Assembly: GCA_900617105.1 (NCBI GenBank) | Contig: UYFQ01000594.1 | Coordinates: 1-64,000 of the forward strand | Length of the DNA stretch: 64,000 nt | Direction: 5' to 3' | Source: Hydrurus foetidus | Taxonomy: Eukaryota | Shown here: positions 1 through 12,800 of the stretch, one piece after another | How the letters are laid out: every line of letters starts with the position of its first letter | Numbering within the stretch: the stretch's first letter is position 1 | Translations under genes and position numbers: made by a program | Notes under the pieces: model-generated | Seen by the model: the letters and a program-made list of their open reading frames with translations, nothing else | Database searches by the model: none | What the model was told of the DNA's origin: nothing

Positions 1-257
1 GATCCCAACCGGGTGGAGCCCTCGACATAGCACGCAGAGACTACATGGAGTATTTCATTGAGACGGTCCTCGCTCACCGAGGCGACCCACTGCGCGTTTC
101 ATCCCTTTGGTTCCATATCAAGTGGCCCAACTACGACGACACACACAAAACGTGGGAGCCATGGTCTGGAGTTCGACTCACTGACGCTCTGCACGCCTAC
201 CTCAAGACGGTCAATCTAAGTCGCCTTATCCCCAAGACGGTCACAGCGGAAGACTAA
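1..257 (+). mobile_element. 3' end of a Ty3/gypsy pol (integrase C-terminal chromodomain), truncated by the window edge
   Basis: YFIETVLAHRG...FHIKWPNYDDTHKTWEPW is a chromodomain. Upstream DPNRVEP/LDIARRD joins across a 1-bp frameshift at ~20. A purine tract and a TG-starting sequence follow. Confidence 0.8.
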
Positions 258-551
258 GACCCAGGACGTGCACCGGCGTGATAATTTTTTGAAAATTCCC
301 CCTCATTTCCCATTGGGTTCAGGGGTTTTAGTCAGTAAAAACCTGACATACCCACGCCGGTGGCATCACAAGAACGGACATACCACTTTGCTTCTGGATT
401 CAAGATCTGTCCCCGCCGCTCTCTCTTTTTTTTAGTCTAGCTGTAAAACCCTTTTCTTTTTGTAAATATTTTTTTTCTGTTTATATCTACTAGCATGTTA
501 AAAGAATAGAGAGACTAGGGGCATAGATTTTGAAAAAATAAGTAGGGGTAG

Positions 552-770
552 TGTAGTGGTTCCGGGGTCTCCGGACCCCGGACCCTCTGACGGTACATAC
601 GTGCTTGTAGATGTATGGTAGTTTGAGATGTCAATCCTGACATCTCGAACCTTTCAGTGCAACCTTTCAGTTGTTTATCCCATAGACAGCTTATAACCCG
701 TTGTAACTCTAAGAGAGCTCTTCTTGCCAAACCTACCGCCTTCCAACCCCCTTCGGACCACACTTCTGCA
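552..770 (+). repeat. Putative 3' LTR of the gypsy element
   Basis: PPT-like AATAAGTAGGGGTAG (537-551) directly precedes TGTAGTGGTTCCGG. An imperfect inverse, CGGACCACACTTCTGCA, ends at 770. No second LTR is in the window, so the right end is tentative. Confidence 0.45.
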
Positions 771-1864
771 GGAAGAAAGACAGTGGTGGTGTCACTGTCG
801 GTAGGTGAGTGCTGATCTTCTTCACTGTCATCATGGTTGTTGTAATCTCCACCACAGTTTTGACGGTCCACGATCTCATCAAATTCACCCCCAATTTTCG
901 AAGACCGCCAATTTCAAAGTTTTGAGGCACCTTCGCAATATTTCGTGGTATGTGCAATTAATAATGGATGAAACCACTAGCATGTGATTCTCATCGATTT
1001 AAACTCCAAACTTATGGAACCAATCATTTCAGTCATCTTTTTTGGGACTTCAACGTTTGAAAAGGTACTTTATCCCTTCGAAATCAATGGTTGTGACCGG
1101 ACAAGATAAATGCATCAATATGGTTCTTCCAAAAAACGACATAACAGCCAATGAAAAACGAAATTCAAGAAATAAGAAGTCAAAGAATGCCTCTTTCTCT
1201 ACCAATAGTGGAGTACCTTCCAAGATTGCGACGAGGGTTCCTAATAGTTCAATATTCATCTACAGCGCAGAGAGAATCTCAGTTCCCAGGGAAAACCCCC
1301 CTGATTTTCCAGGAAAAATATTCCTGCCTTCCCAGGACCGAATCCCTGGCTTCTCATAAACAAATAAGTACAGGAGCACGATCTAAATGAGTGACTAATA
1401 GATCATAATTTCAAAAAATGTTAATAAATATCCATAGACTCTAACCAAATGGTTGAGAAAAATTTACTCTCATAAAATTCAAAAAGCGTCATTTTTTTTT
1501 TTGGAAATTCAGGAGCATAATTTTGCTCAGGGGCAAATTAATTGCATTTCAATTTATTTTTGAAATAAGTATCCATAGACTCTACTTTAGTACTCCGTAC
1601 AAACGGATGATAAAAAAGCTGCGTTGGCCCATATGCAATATGCATATATATATTTTGTTCAAAAAATTGCATATATGCATATATATTTTGAAGTACAAAA
1701 AAATAGGCAGTTATTCGTAGGTGATATTTCCTCTGCACCCACCATCTCTGGGACATGAATTGGACGGTCAGTCAGTCCCATTCTCGAACTTTGAACAACG
1801 TGGTCAACTTATATCTCCTATCTGCAACTCTCTAGTTACTATTTTAATTCTATCACAAAGGAAA

Positions 1865-2482
1865 ATGTTCTCCCAGCAGACATCATCATCGTCTGCATCT
1901 TCGACAGCTTCGACTTCAGCTTCATCGTCAGCATCATTTTATCAAAAGCCACTCGAAGCAAACAACTTTAGACAGCCTGACGGTCCTATTCTGCAGTTCG
2001 TGTGGATTGTCGGAGCAGCTAAAGGAAACAACATTTACGAGTGCAAACTATGTCAAGCGCGATTTCAGGGGCAGCGTGCAATTGTTTGCACTCATTTCGA
2101 GAAAAGTTTCAGTAGTCAGCGAGTTCGGGAGTGCACATCTATTCAACCGCAGCTACTTCGTGACCAGATAAAAACGTCTTCAGAAATGAAGAAAAAAGAG
2201 CTTCTTAAATCTGAGAAAAAAAGGGCATATAGTGATATGACTCAACCCGATATCGGGTCTGCCATAGCATCTCTAGGCAGACCTTCAGCCGACTCAGCGA
2301 TACTTCAGTTCATTGTCACTTGTGGAGTAGCCCCACTTATCGTGGAACATCCTGCATTCCGGAATCTGATTGCATCTTTGAGAGATGCAGGTCCTTCGTA
2401 CAAGCCTCCGAGACGTCATGAATTTGGAGTCAATTCTTCGGGCGCGGCGATATCTGATTCTAACTCCGATAATGAAAATTAA
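1865..2482 (+). pseudogene. Truncated hAT transposase N-terminus (BED zinc finger plus start of core)
   Basis: YECKLCQARF...CTHF...ECT BED-like finger. FIVTCGVAPLIVEHPAFRNLI...PSYKPPRR is a typical hAT N-core. No DDE or dimerisation domain follows. Confidence 0.8.
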
Positions 2483-2822
2483 TTATTAATTAATCTGTCT
2501 CCTTCTACCGATTACGAGTGAAGTGTATCTACCGATTACGAGTGAAGTGAAAAATTGTGAGCTGATGCATGCAGCGGAGATGATGTGGTTTCGATGATAT
2601 GATAGATAAATAACATCAAAAACAACGTGACCGTTCAGGATGAAGGAGAGTTGGTTCGCAAAAATTCATCAATATGTACTAACGTACATTGTACAGTACA
2701 TTTTGAATTTAGACCCTACATCTGTAGGTAAACGCAAATGTATAAAATTACAAAATACAAAACAGTTCATAGGTGTGCATATATACGGTGCATATATATA
2801 ATTTCCGTGAAAGTGCATATAT

Positions 2823-3212
2823 TCTTGGAATAAGTCTGCCTTTTGGATCCTGGATCCAGTCAGAGCACCTGGTTGATAGCAGTGGTTCGTTCAGAACACA
2901 CTTTGCTTTCAGCTAGTCGACCAAGTCGTTCCAACAGCTCACTCAAGTGTAGGTATAATGGCTCACAGCCATATAGTCTCTTTTAATTAGAAGTGCTCAT
3001 CATGTCAAAACAAAGCAGTTCATGGCTAGCTATACTAGCTATAGTTGACTGTTCACAGTCATCATCAGTTGCAACTTCCAGTACAGTTCGAGTGATGGTC
3101 TTGAGTCTGAAAACGCTACCCTCACTCCTCCGCTTGGGCTTAGATGATATTACCCCAAAGGGATTTCCCCAAGGGGATCGTCCCCGTAGGGATAGCTATG
3201 CTATATCCAACA
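2823..3212 (-). repeat. Copia 3' LTR (390 bp, TGTTGG...CCAAGA)
   Basis: Near-identical to 8292-8675 plus 9590-9596. Confidence 0.95.
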
Positions 3213-3375
3213 CACCCCTAATGTCATAAGCATTCAGGCGGTACATTTGTATTTCCTCGTGAAAATGTAACACAAATCATGTTTGTATCTATCGTAAGCT
3301 ATAGTGATCAGACAAGTTTTGTTGCTAATAAAAATTTGAAAAATAGCTCAACTGTAAGTCAATAATGTGAAGTAC

Positions 3376-6300
3376 TTAATTTCCTAAAATTTTCTTCACC
3401 ATCTTGGAAAAAACTGTTCCTTGCAATGGTTTTGTGAAGTAATCAGACGTCATATCCTCGGTTGGAACGTAGACAATGTTTACAGCACCGATGCGGATGT
3501 AGTCTGATATCCAGAATTTTCGCACCTCAATGAACCGGGTGGTTTCTGCGGTAGACCGACCTTTTGTAAGCAGCGTGATGCATGATTGATTGTCTTGTTC
3601 CAGCCTCACTGGAATCTTGCCGTGTCCTTGGTAAGCAATAAATCCTGCAAGCCAGAGCGGAATGTTCATGCCGTCAGATACTGCAATGATCTCGGACTCT
3701 GTACTTGACTTGGAATTTAGCTTCTGGACCTTGGAACTCGAAATGAAATTCCCAACCCCTAATGTGACACACATTCCTGAGGTTGATTTCATCAAATCAC
3801 GGTTGGCAAATGCAGCATCAATGGATACTGTTACTGTCGGGGCAAAGTACACCCCAGTCGTAATGGCTTGTCTCTAGTAGCCCTCAGATAGCATATGAGC
3901 CTATCGAGTTTCTTGTCGTCTTCAATTGTTGGTGCCTTTACACGTTTGCAAAGTTCACCCAACACTAATACAATGTCTGGGCGAGTTCGGTTCCCCAGGT
4001 AGAGTGCTGTAGCAACGTCGGTATGGAAGGTTTTAGCATCTTTCTCACTTAGGAATTCGCAGTCCAAGGTCCGCTCAAATAGGTGTGGGGCACCCGGTGA
4101 TGATGGGTTCCCGATGAGCTTCATACCTCGTTCAGCATGGCTCTTTTCCCTTGATGAGATCAGATCTTGAATCATTCCAATCTGCGTGACGTTCACAAAT
4201 CCTGGCTCATTGTAATCCCACATGCATCCTAGGTACGGTAGAACTCGCTCTTGAGTGGTACGAAATTGACCGTACGTTCTCAGCAAAATTTGCTCCATGT
4301 CAAGAACCGCTTTCTTGTCCACACACGTCATCTTTAAGTCATCTACGTAGACTAGGATCGTGAATTGGTTGCCTTTGACGTCCTTATTAAAGACGCAAAT
4401 ATCGCGCGGGTTAGCCGTGAAACCATTGGACCGTAAAGTTCCGGCTATTTCGTTATACCAGAGTTTGGCGGACTCGATACACCCGTAAAGTGCTTTGTCT
4501 AGTCTCACTACTAGTAACGTAAGAAAGAGATGTCTTGTTTGATGATTGCGTCGGCCACATTCTTATCAATATACATATGGAGTATTTTATCCGGTTTTTC
4601 CATCGGCATATTAGCGTTGAGGTATGCGGACCCAACGTCCCCGACCATGACGAAACGGTTTTCTACAGCAGCAATCTGTGCAACTGTAAAGATGGCAGCT
4701 ATGCTCGCTGTTGGTGATTCAACTTCATCTGGTGCATAGTCCTCTCTGACTTGAGCACGCCCGTCCACACAGAACCGCGCCTTGACCTTGTCAATTTGGC
4801 GATCACCGTTCGAGTTTAGCGTTGCAAGGTATTTCTCCACAACATTCATGTTTGAACGCAGTATCTTCTGCTTCTGAGTGGGCGACAGTTGTTCCATGTG
4901 CACTCCTGAAAATGTCCCCTTTGCAAGTAGTGATTTGACCTCTGACTCAATTGCTGCAGTAGCCTTGTCCGGAAAAAGTTTCAGTGCCCGAGTAACCGTC
5001 ATAAATGACCACTCACCCCTAATTCCTTCTTTCTGCGTTGGAATAGGTACTTTGTCGGCTACTAAGTTGAGTCGGTCTGGTGGCTTTCTGGTTCTCGTTG
5101 ATTTCTGGCGCATTTCAACAGGTGCACTGGGTACGTACGTACGCACAGTGGTAGTAGGTGGTGCCGCTGGTTGCTCCTCCGGTACTGCTTCAAATGTAGT
5201 TTCTGGTCCGGATACTTCGTCGGAAGCTGGGATGGTATGGTTTGTGTCGACCGCTGATTCCATTTCACCCCGAATCTCAATTTGGTCTTGAGTAATTTGA
5301 GGTTCCATCACGGTATCAAGCGTGTCGGTTTCATCCGGGAACACCGGTAAAATTGGAGGTGTGTGTCGGAACTGGATAGTAGGCTCCTCATCTGAAGGTG
5401 TATCCATTATGACCACATCATCAACTGCATCTCCAGTGATGTCTCTATCATGGAATGTGAATGTTGGTTCTTTTGATGTGTGTATTTTATTCTTCGATGC
5501 CCACCCGTTTACAGTGGTAATGACGAGCGGAGGTATCGGTAACACCACGTAGTGGTTGGCTGATATGACACTCCTTGTGTCAATGCGCATGAAGGTATGA
5601 GTACCTGTTCCATTCATCTTTGGCTCTAGGTATAGGCATCCAATGGTTCGTGGATCCATGCTGTTGCTAAGCACCCTGCCGGTGACTTGGCAGTATGAGC
5701 CGAATGGAGGTCCGATATCTTTTTTCGTGTCAGCCTTTCTGCCGAAGAATGCTTCGAAAGGAGAAATCCTATCTGTTCTTGTTGATGAGGGAAAGAGCAA
5801 AAGCTTCTTCGCCGAGCTCATCACAAGGTGAGGCATGAGTATATCCGGTAGCAAGTATGGTAGACTGAAGATGGTACACCGGATGGTCTCCTTTAAGTGC
5901 CTGATCATTCTTTCAATAACATGATCGTGTTGCCCTGGACCAACGGCAATCACCTCTACTCCCATGGCATTCATGTCATTGACTAGTGCCGCAATGCCAC
6001 GTTCATTATCACTTGTAAATTTCACGATGGAAATGCGTCGGGACCCGATGGTACCGAACATGCGCCTGATACTCTGCCTGAGTACCGGTGTCGTGAGGTT
6101 TTCAGTGCATGCTACCAAAACGATTCCCAATGGGTGAGTAATCGATACTAAGTAGGGCTGTCGATTTACAAACATGATATCGCAATGCATGTGTTGGTCG
6201 TCGAAGTGACGGGCCGTCGTAGGTAGTTGAGGTGGCGTCATAGGCCTCAGCCTGGTAGTGCGTCCTTTGAGTGCAGCAGCGTTTGCTCCCCAAATTTCTG

Positions 6301-8265
6301 TGGCACGCGTGACATCTTCAGGTAAGATGTCGCAGTTTAGAAATGTCCCAGCTCTCAACGCAGAAATGAATTTCTGATCTGGTGGGAATCCCAAACTCGC
6401 TTGCAAACGGCGTGCATCGATGCTTCTCTGAACTTCGCGTTTCGAGAATTTGGCTTCGTTGGCTTCCGTTGTGGCAAGTTTTGTAGAGTATAATATGTTC
6501 ATAGATGATGTTTCTATCACCACGGAGTGAGCATATGCAGTTCTGCGCTCTGCGGCGTCAGAATATCTCGGCTCTGGAGGCGTTGCCAAATCGTTGACAT
6601 ATAGCCCTCCACGATGTTGAAATTTGTAGGTATTCTGATCAGTATGAAGCAAAAATGCATCTTGATCTATTGTAGAACCCTGGCGAAACTCCCAGTTGTG
6701 TCCTTGCAGCAGACAATCCGATGCCGAGATGATGGAGAGTCCAGCACGTGGGTCAAAGTGAACGATGCCAATGTCGCGAAGGTTTGCTGTTTTAGTTACA
6801 GTGAGAGAACCATGCAAGCCATTGAATACAGTTGGAGTGCATGTCACAATGTTACTCAGCACATCTGCACATGTGATAATGGTGCCTGTAGCTCCTGTGT
6901 CGAAGATGGCCTCCGATGTACTTCGTTGATTGATGTTACGGTTGGCGGAAAAATCGGTCCGAGGACCGAGGGTTGCGAGTTTCACCGGTGAGGTGGTGTA
7001 GCACACACTACAGTTCCTTTCGTCATATTGGTTCTCGTCATCCTCTTGATCCCACATTTGGCCAAAAGCAGTGTAGACATCATCTGAAGCACTGGAGTCA
7101 ACTCCATCAGTATGTCTCCTGGCCGAATATGATATTTGTGGGGCTGAAGGGGGCTCTCCAGCGGCCTTCTTTCTGCACTCACTAGCACGATGTCCAGCCT
7201 TTCCACAGTGGTAACACGTTCCACTGAATTTACCCTCCTTCACATCTTTAGCAAACGTGACTTTAGGTTCCTTGATTTTCGCTGGGTTAATTTTCTTGGC
7301 TTTTTCTTTGACGGGTGATTTCTCTCCCTTTGGGGACCCACCCGGTTTGACGGGGTTCTTCGCTGCAAGTGCCGTATGGGGGTCACTATCGCTGATTGCA
7401 ATGCGCTACCCTTTGTCCCACGATGGAATCTAGTTGCTCCATTAATTGCCTCCACCAGGGTCTTCGGATAGATGTCAATTGCGGTGCACTCCAGGGAATT
7501 ACTGAGGTAGTTTTTGTAGTCGTGGTAGACCTGCACGGTACTACTCAGACCATCAATGAACCTCATAGATTGTTGTTTTGCATCTGGAATTTGTGCTGCT
7601 GGAACTCCTGTTGCAGCGAGTCGATCAAAAAGCTTCACCGCACGACGTCCGTACGTTACGATGTCTTCGCCCGTACTCATGGTGAGTGTATACCAATCCC
7701 GTAGGGCCTGGGACCGCTCTAATTCCTGATTCCCATCACATCTTGATGTGACTACTGACTTGATTACATCAAGTAGTCCAAGTGGGTCGTCAAATTTGAC
7801 AGCGATGAAGTTTGCCTCCACTACCAGAATTGCATTGAGTGATGGTGAACACATCGATCGAATCAGTCGATAAGCTGATCTACGGTCCTCCATTTGCTTT
7901 CTCCTCATCTTTGTCACGACCGCTCTGTCGTTATTCAGGTCTGCCATTATTAACTTGGCTCGAAATCCTTTTGGATCAGTGATTTCGTCCAACGCCTCCA
8001 ATGCAGTGAAGTCTGGTTCCGAAAATAGGTACACCTCGTAGGCCGGTTTTAGGGTCAGCATCATAGGGTCGGGACAGATCGACTCGAGATCCTGAAAGTT
8101 GACTCTCATGTACTCTTTCAGTCTCTGAATGTTATCGTCCCATTCTTTCCACCCGTTGTGAGTGATCTCAGGGAGACTCTCTGGCCTCACACCATCTCCA
8201 GGCGTGGTTTTTTCGGCCTTCTCAGATTTGGATTGGGCAGCGCCCTTCTCGCCTTGCTTGCTCAT
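3376..8265 (-). CDS. Copia gag-pol polyprotein, interrupted at ~7380, ~4511 and ~3840
   Basis: Gag 8265-7380; zinc knuckle CYHCGKAGHRASEC; protease FDTGA; integrase HCD..FTSDNE..IER; RT KARF..G, DVGSAYLNA, KALYG, YVDD; RNase H IDAA..SSTESE..EQDNQS..SDYFTKPL. Confidence 0.93.
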
Positions 8266-8291
8266 TCTGAGCAGCTCACGACTTCTAATTA

Positions 8292-9596
8292 TCTTGGAAT
8301 AAGTCTGCCTTTTGGATCCTGGATCCAGTCAGAGCACCTGGTTGATAGCAGTGGTTCGTTCAGAACACACTTTGCTTTCAGCTAGTCGACCAAGTCGTTC
8401 CAACAGCTCACTCAAGTGTAGGTATAATGGCTCACAGCCATATAGTCTCTTTTAATTAGAAGTGCTCATCATGTCAAAACAAAGCAGTTCATGGCTAGCT
8501 ATACTAGCTATAGTTGACTGTTCACAGTCATCATCAGTTGCAACTTCCAGTACAGTTCGAGTGATGGTCTTGAGTCTGAAAACGCTACCCTCGCTCCTCC
8601 GCTTGGGCTTAGATGATATTACCCCAAAGGGATTTCCCCCAAGGGGATCGTCCCCGTAGGGATAGCTATGCTATAGAGTGGGGGACCCTTTATTTCTTAA
8701 AAACTCCAATTAAGAACGCTTTATTTTCCAAAATTTTACGGAAATGACTCTAAATCCGTGAAATAAAATATCGTTTAAAGGGTGATTATAAGACCTCTGA
8801 GAAGTACGAAATCGATATCCGGAATGCGGAAAGCGTCTCACACGGATTTTTTAAATACGGAAATGGCATAGTTGGGATCTGACATTTTTCAAAACCTCAA
8901 TGGAACATCACAATCGACACGAGGCATTCTCTGCAGATCACACCAGATGCAGCAGCTGACCAATAAATCCCGCTGCTGTGGCTTTTCTCCAACTCTGGTT
9001 TGCATGGGGTGTTTTGCCCCCCTCCATGTTCGCTTTCTCCTCGAAAAACTTTTGAACAACTTTCTGAACAACTTTTGGTGCAATCGGCACTGTTTTTTTC
9101 ATAGCAGCATTCTCTTTCGCTGAGGCCATCATGATCAAAAAAGGATTCATATTCTTGGATACGGGGGAGGGCAATTTTGCAACGCAGACAGATACTGATC
9201 TTTAAAACGTCAGAAAGTTGTCGGGACACGTTTGCAATTGTCGCAAAGTTGCAGCAGGCAACGTTTCCTTTCCATCCTACAGGGACCGATTGAACTATCT
9301 TTCGGTTAACCGGTTAGCTTTGCTACCAGATTCGGCTAGTTGCAGAATCCGTTTCACGAAAATTGGGCTAAATTCGTACATTGATTTCAATTAAGAAATG
9401 ATTATTCTGACACATTTAGACCCCCCAAACATAACTCCTTTCCAGTCATCCATATCAAAAATTAGATAGCCTCCAATTTTCTAGAGTATCAGACGAGTAC
9501 AGAAATGTACTCAGAAGTACCATCCGGTTGATGGTCCGTTTACTGGAATTAATCTTGGAGAGCAGTTCTTAATTAGGTCCCCCACTCTATCCAACA
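8292..9596 (-). repeat. Copia 5' LTR, split by a 912-bp TIR element near its outer end
   Basis: 8292-8675 matches the 3' LTR up to CTATA. The remaining TCCAACA resumes at 9590-9596. Confidence 0.93.
8676..9587. mobile_element. Non-autonomous TIR element with TA TSD
   Basis: 12-bp TIRs GAGTGGGGGACC / GGTCCCCCACTC. The empty site CTATATCCAACA is known from the sister LTR and shows a TA duplication. Confidence 0.9.
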
Positions 9597-9886
9597 TATA
9601 TCGCATATAATATATAAAATATTTTTTTGCATATGGGCCAACGCAGGAAAAAAGAGAATACAGACTGCTGTTGTAGGTTCTGGGTTCTGATTCACTTTTT
9701 AGATCTTCCCTATCAAAAATTAGATGCTGGTTCATTCTTCCTCAGCAGATCAGCAGCAGAGAATAGGGCGAAGTAAATGGTTGATCAGACAGTACATTGA
9801 CACTACAGTATCATTTAGAATCAGGGAAGGTTCAGCGTTACTCGATTTTGTAGGCACAGCTGGCTTCGTGTAAATAATTTCCAATC

Positions 9887-12800
9887 ATGGGGAAGAAAGA
9901 TGGAAAGCGTGTCGACAAAGTCAAGGTTGAGGCGAAGAAAGCAAAGCAGGCTGCAAAGCAAACCAAACTTGTGAAGAAAAGCGTGAAAAAGGAAATAAAA
10001 GATCTAGGAGAGGATGACATAGAGATGATGATCGCTGAGGTGAGTGGCAACTGTTCAGTAGGGTGGTTTCAGTCCATGTTCGGCTTCTACGTTTACTCAG
10101 AATGACAACACTGATGGTATGAGATTCTCTCGATGATGGACTGCTGGACGTATCAGAAATAAGTGCGTCTGCATCAATATCGATGGTGAAACTTCATAAA
10201 GTTCCTACTTATCATCCAAGTTGATTTTCAACTGTGATAGTGCTGCATTTGAATGCATTTCTGGCAGTGATGTATGGGCACTTCACAGTTAGAAGAATTC
10301 GAAAGGAATTTTGCATAACTCAGATATACTCGAAAGGAATCTTAGATATCGTTCGCCGATGTTTGCCAGCAGTACCGATATGAGCAGCAGTATCGGTGTT
10401 TGTCTCAGAACAATGAACATGTGTAACTTCTGTACATTGGTAAACTCAGCAGCTTAGGTATAGATAGATCATATCGAAATGCACTGTTGAATCGAAATCA
10501 AGAGGAATTCTTCTTCTGATTGATTGTAAACTCTTTTTATTCTCATGAGATTCCAATCCTAAATCGTCCATATCCTACGAATGTAGTGGTTACGCTGTGT
10601 GAAAGAGTACTTCAAAATGATCGTTATCTAAACAATACCATTACATTTGTTGCACAGTTGGTTTGATCCAATGCTGTCTTGTTGGATACGATTCGGATAG
10701 CGAAAAGCTACTGTACATATTTATAATTTAAGACTGTCGCAGACATTTCTCTCATCTCAAAACATACATCATGCATATAACAAATACCTGCTCTGACTAC
10801 TCAATAGAAAAGAATATGCATCATCACTTCTTCCATGATGATGATCTTAACAGTATCATAATATTACCGAACAGTTCACAGCTAAAGATCAAGCACGTAC
10901 ATCTGTGTCCGTTACGGTGTGTGCGCAACCCAGTCCAAGATCGAACTTCAGTATGACTGCATTGCCAAGTGGTTCGTATTCAATATTATTTAAATGTTTG
11001 CAATGTTTTGATTGCATTGGATAGTGGTTAATAAACTACTAAATACTTCTCAATTCTTAATATCTCCAATCTATCTAATGCTTCTATAGTCGCTTTACAT
11101 TTCAGCATCGCAGTGGTCAGTATACAATCTTGTGAAAGTGTTCGTACCATTTTCACTGGCACTTTGTACTGATGTTTTATTGTCTACTTATTTTCATTAG
11201 TTTCTTATTTTATCTACCGAGGTAATTTTGTGTGATTTTTATTTAATTTTGTATGATATTCTGTACTTCATTTCTGTACTTAATATTCCTTTGCTCATTG
11301 TTTCTTTAATTATTATTTGTTTCTTCATAATTGCCGAACTCGTTATATCTTACTCATTGTATCTTCACTTTCATTACCAGGGGAGATGTTGATGTTTGGT
11401 GGCGAGTTCTGTGACGGAGAAGGAACAACAGTTTTCAACGAATTGTACAGATGGAATGTTGAGAAAGGGGGAGGAGAATGGTGAGTTATAATATGCCATA
11501 AAAAATTACTCAAAAGACTGTGACGTTTTTTTGATTCGATGAGAAATTTTCTGTTGAATTTTTTTGACTTTTTTGCTGACTGATTTTACGTCTGTGAACT
11601 ACTTCATCTAATGCGATGTTAATGAAATTTGATTTGAATGTTATCAACTGATAGAAGGTTGAAAATACGGAAAAAAGCACTTAAATCGGTGGAAATAATA
11701 TATTATGTCAGATGACGTAAAACAATTTCGAGAATGGAACAACAATTAGTAAAATTTTCCAGTCAGCATATAGAAGATTTATGTGAAATAGCAGCAAATA
11801 AAATGAAATAGCAGTAGAAACTGCAATAATTTACACAAATTTGTATCTGTAAATCGTTATTTGCATCTTTATACTAGTGCAGAGGCTTACTTTTTTCATA
11901 ACTTTTTCCCATGAATGTTTATGTGCTACCATTTCTGATGTTCTTTTCCTGCCACTTCATTTCACCATCTCATTCCTCTCGTCATCCCCATCTCTTAATG
12001 AACCGCCACTCCATTTCATATTGTTGTATCTTATTTCACTTTTTGTCATTTCACCTTATCTCACTTCATTTCAATTCATTTCATTATACTTCACTATGCC
12101 AGATTTCATGTCACTAACTCCAACTTTATACTCCTTTTTATTGACTTTTTCTCCATATTCCCAGGAAGCAAATCGAGTCATTGAACACACCTTCTCCCCG
12201 CTGTTCCCACCAAGCAGTATTCTTCAAAGATAGAGTGTACGTGTTTGGAGGGGAGTACGCTACACTAGACCAGTTCCACCATTACAGGTAAAGGAGTGTA
12301 GTGTAGTGTAGTGCAGTGCAGAGTAATGTGGTGTAGTGTAGTGTAATGCAATGTAGTGTAAAGTAATGTCATGCATAGGGAGGGGAAGATGAGTGAGGGT
12401 GGTGTAGGGCAGGGTAGGGTAGCGGAGGGTAGGGTAGGGTGGTGTAATGTGATGTAATGTGATGTAGTGTGATGTGATGTAATGTGGCACACTGCTGAAT
12501 GATGTGGTATGATACGATACAGTGCGATTCTATATGACGAGAAGTCATGTTCTGTGATACAGTACAATGTTTAACATGTCGACTCGCGCAGTACGATGCA
12601 GAGTGGTGCAGTTTAGTCTGCTGTCAGAAGAAGTAATCTAATCTAACTTCCTTCTACTTAAATAAATTAATTTTAATTTTAATATCAATTTTAATATTAA
12701 ATTTTTTGAGGGATTTGTGGAGTTTGGATTTGAAAACCAACACTTGGACGGAAATAAAAAGTACGCCATTAATTACTGTACTTTTGACTAATAGGTTAAT

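Larger units (their letters stand above)
2823..9596 (-). mobile_element. Full-length Ty1/copia LTR retrotransposon
   Basis: Two ~390-bp LTRs differ by one substitution and one 1-bp indel. 5-bp TSD TATAT (2818-2822 / 9597-9601). Domain order gag-PR-IN-RT-RH. PPT AGGGGTG abuts the 3' LTR. Confidence 0.97.
1619..9646 (+). mobile_element. Internally deleted hAT DNA transposon (~1.25 kb without nested inserts)
   Basis: 20-bp TIRs CTGCGTTGGCCCATATGCAA (1619) and TTGCATATGGGCCAACGCAG (ends 9646). 8-bp flanks TAAAAAAG / GAAAAAAG match 7/8. Confidence 0.9.

Noticed and set aside
771..1618. Short ORFs and the repeated ATCCATAGACTCTA (1429, 1571) as another element
   Set aside because: No termini, TSD or domain could be established.
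2993..3229. 78-aa ORF duplicated at 8462-8659
   Set aside because: Lies within the LTRs, antisense to the element, with no coding signature.
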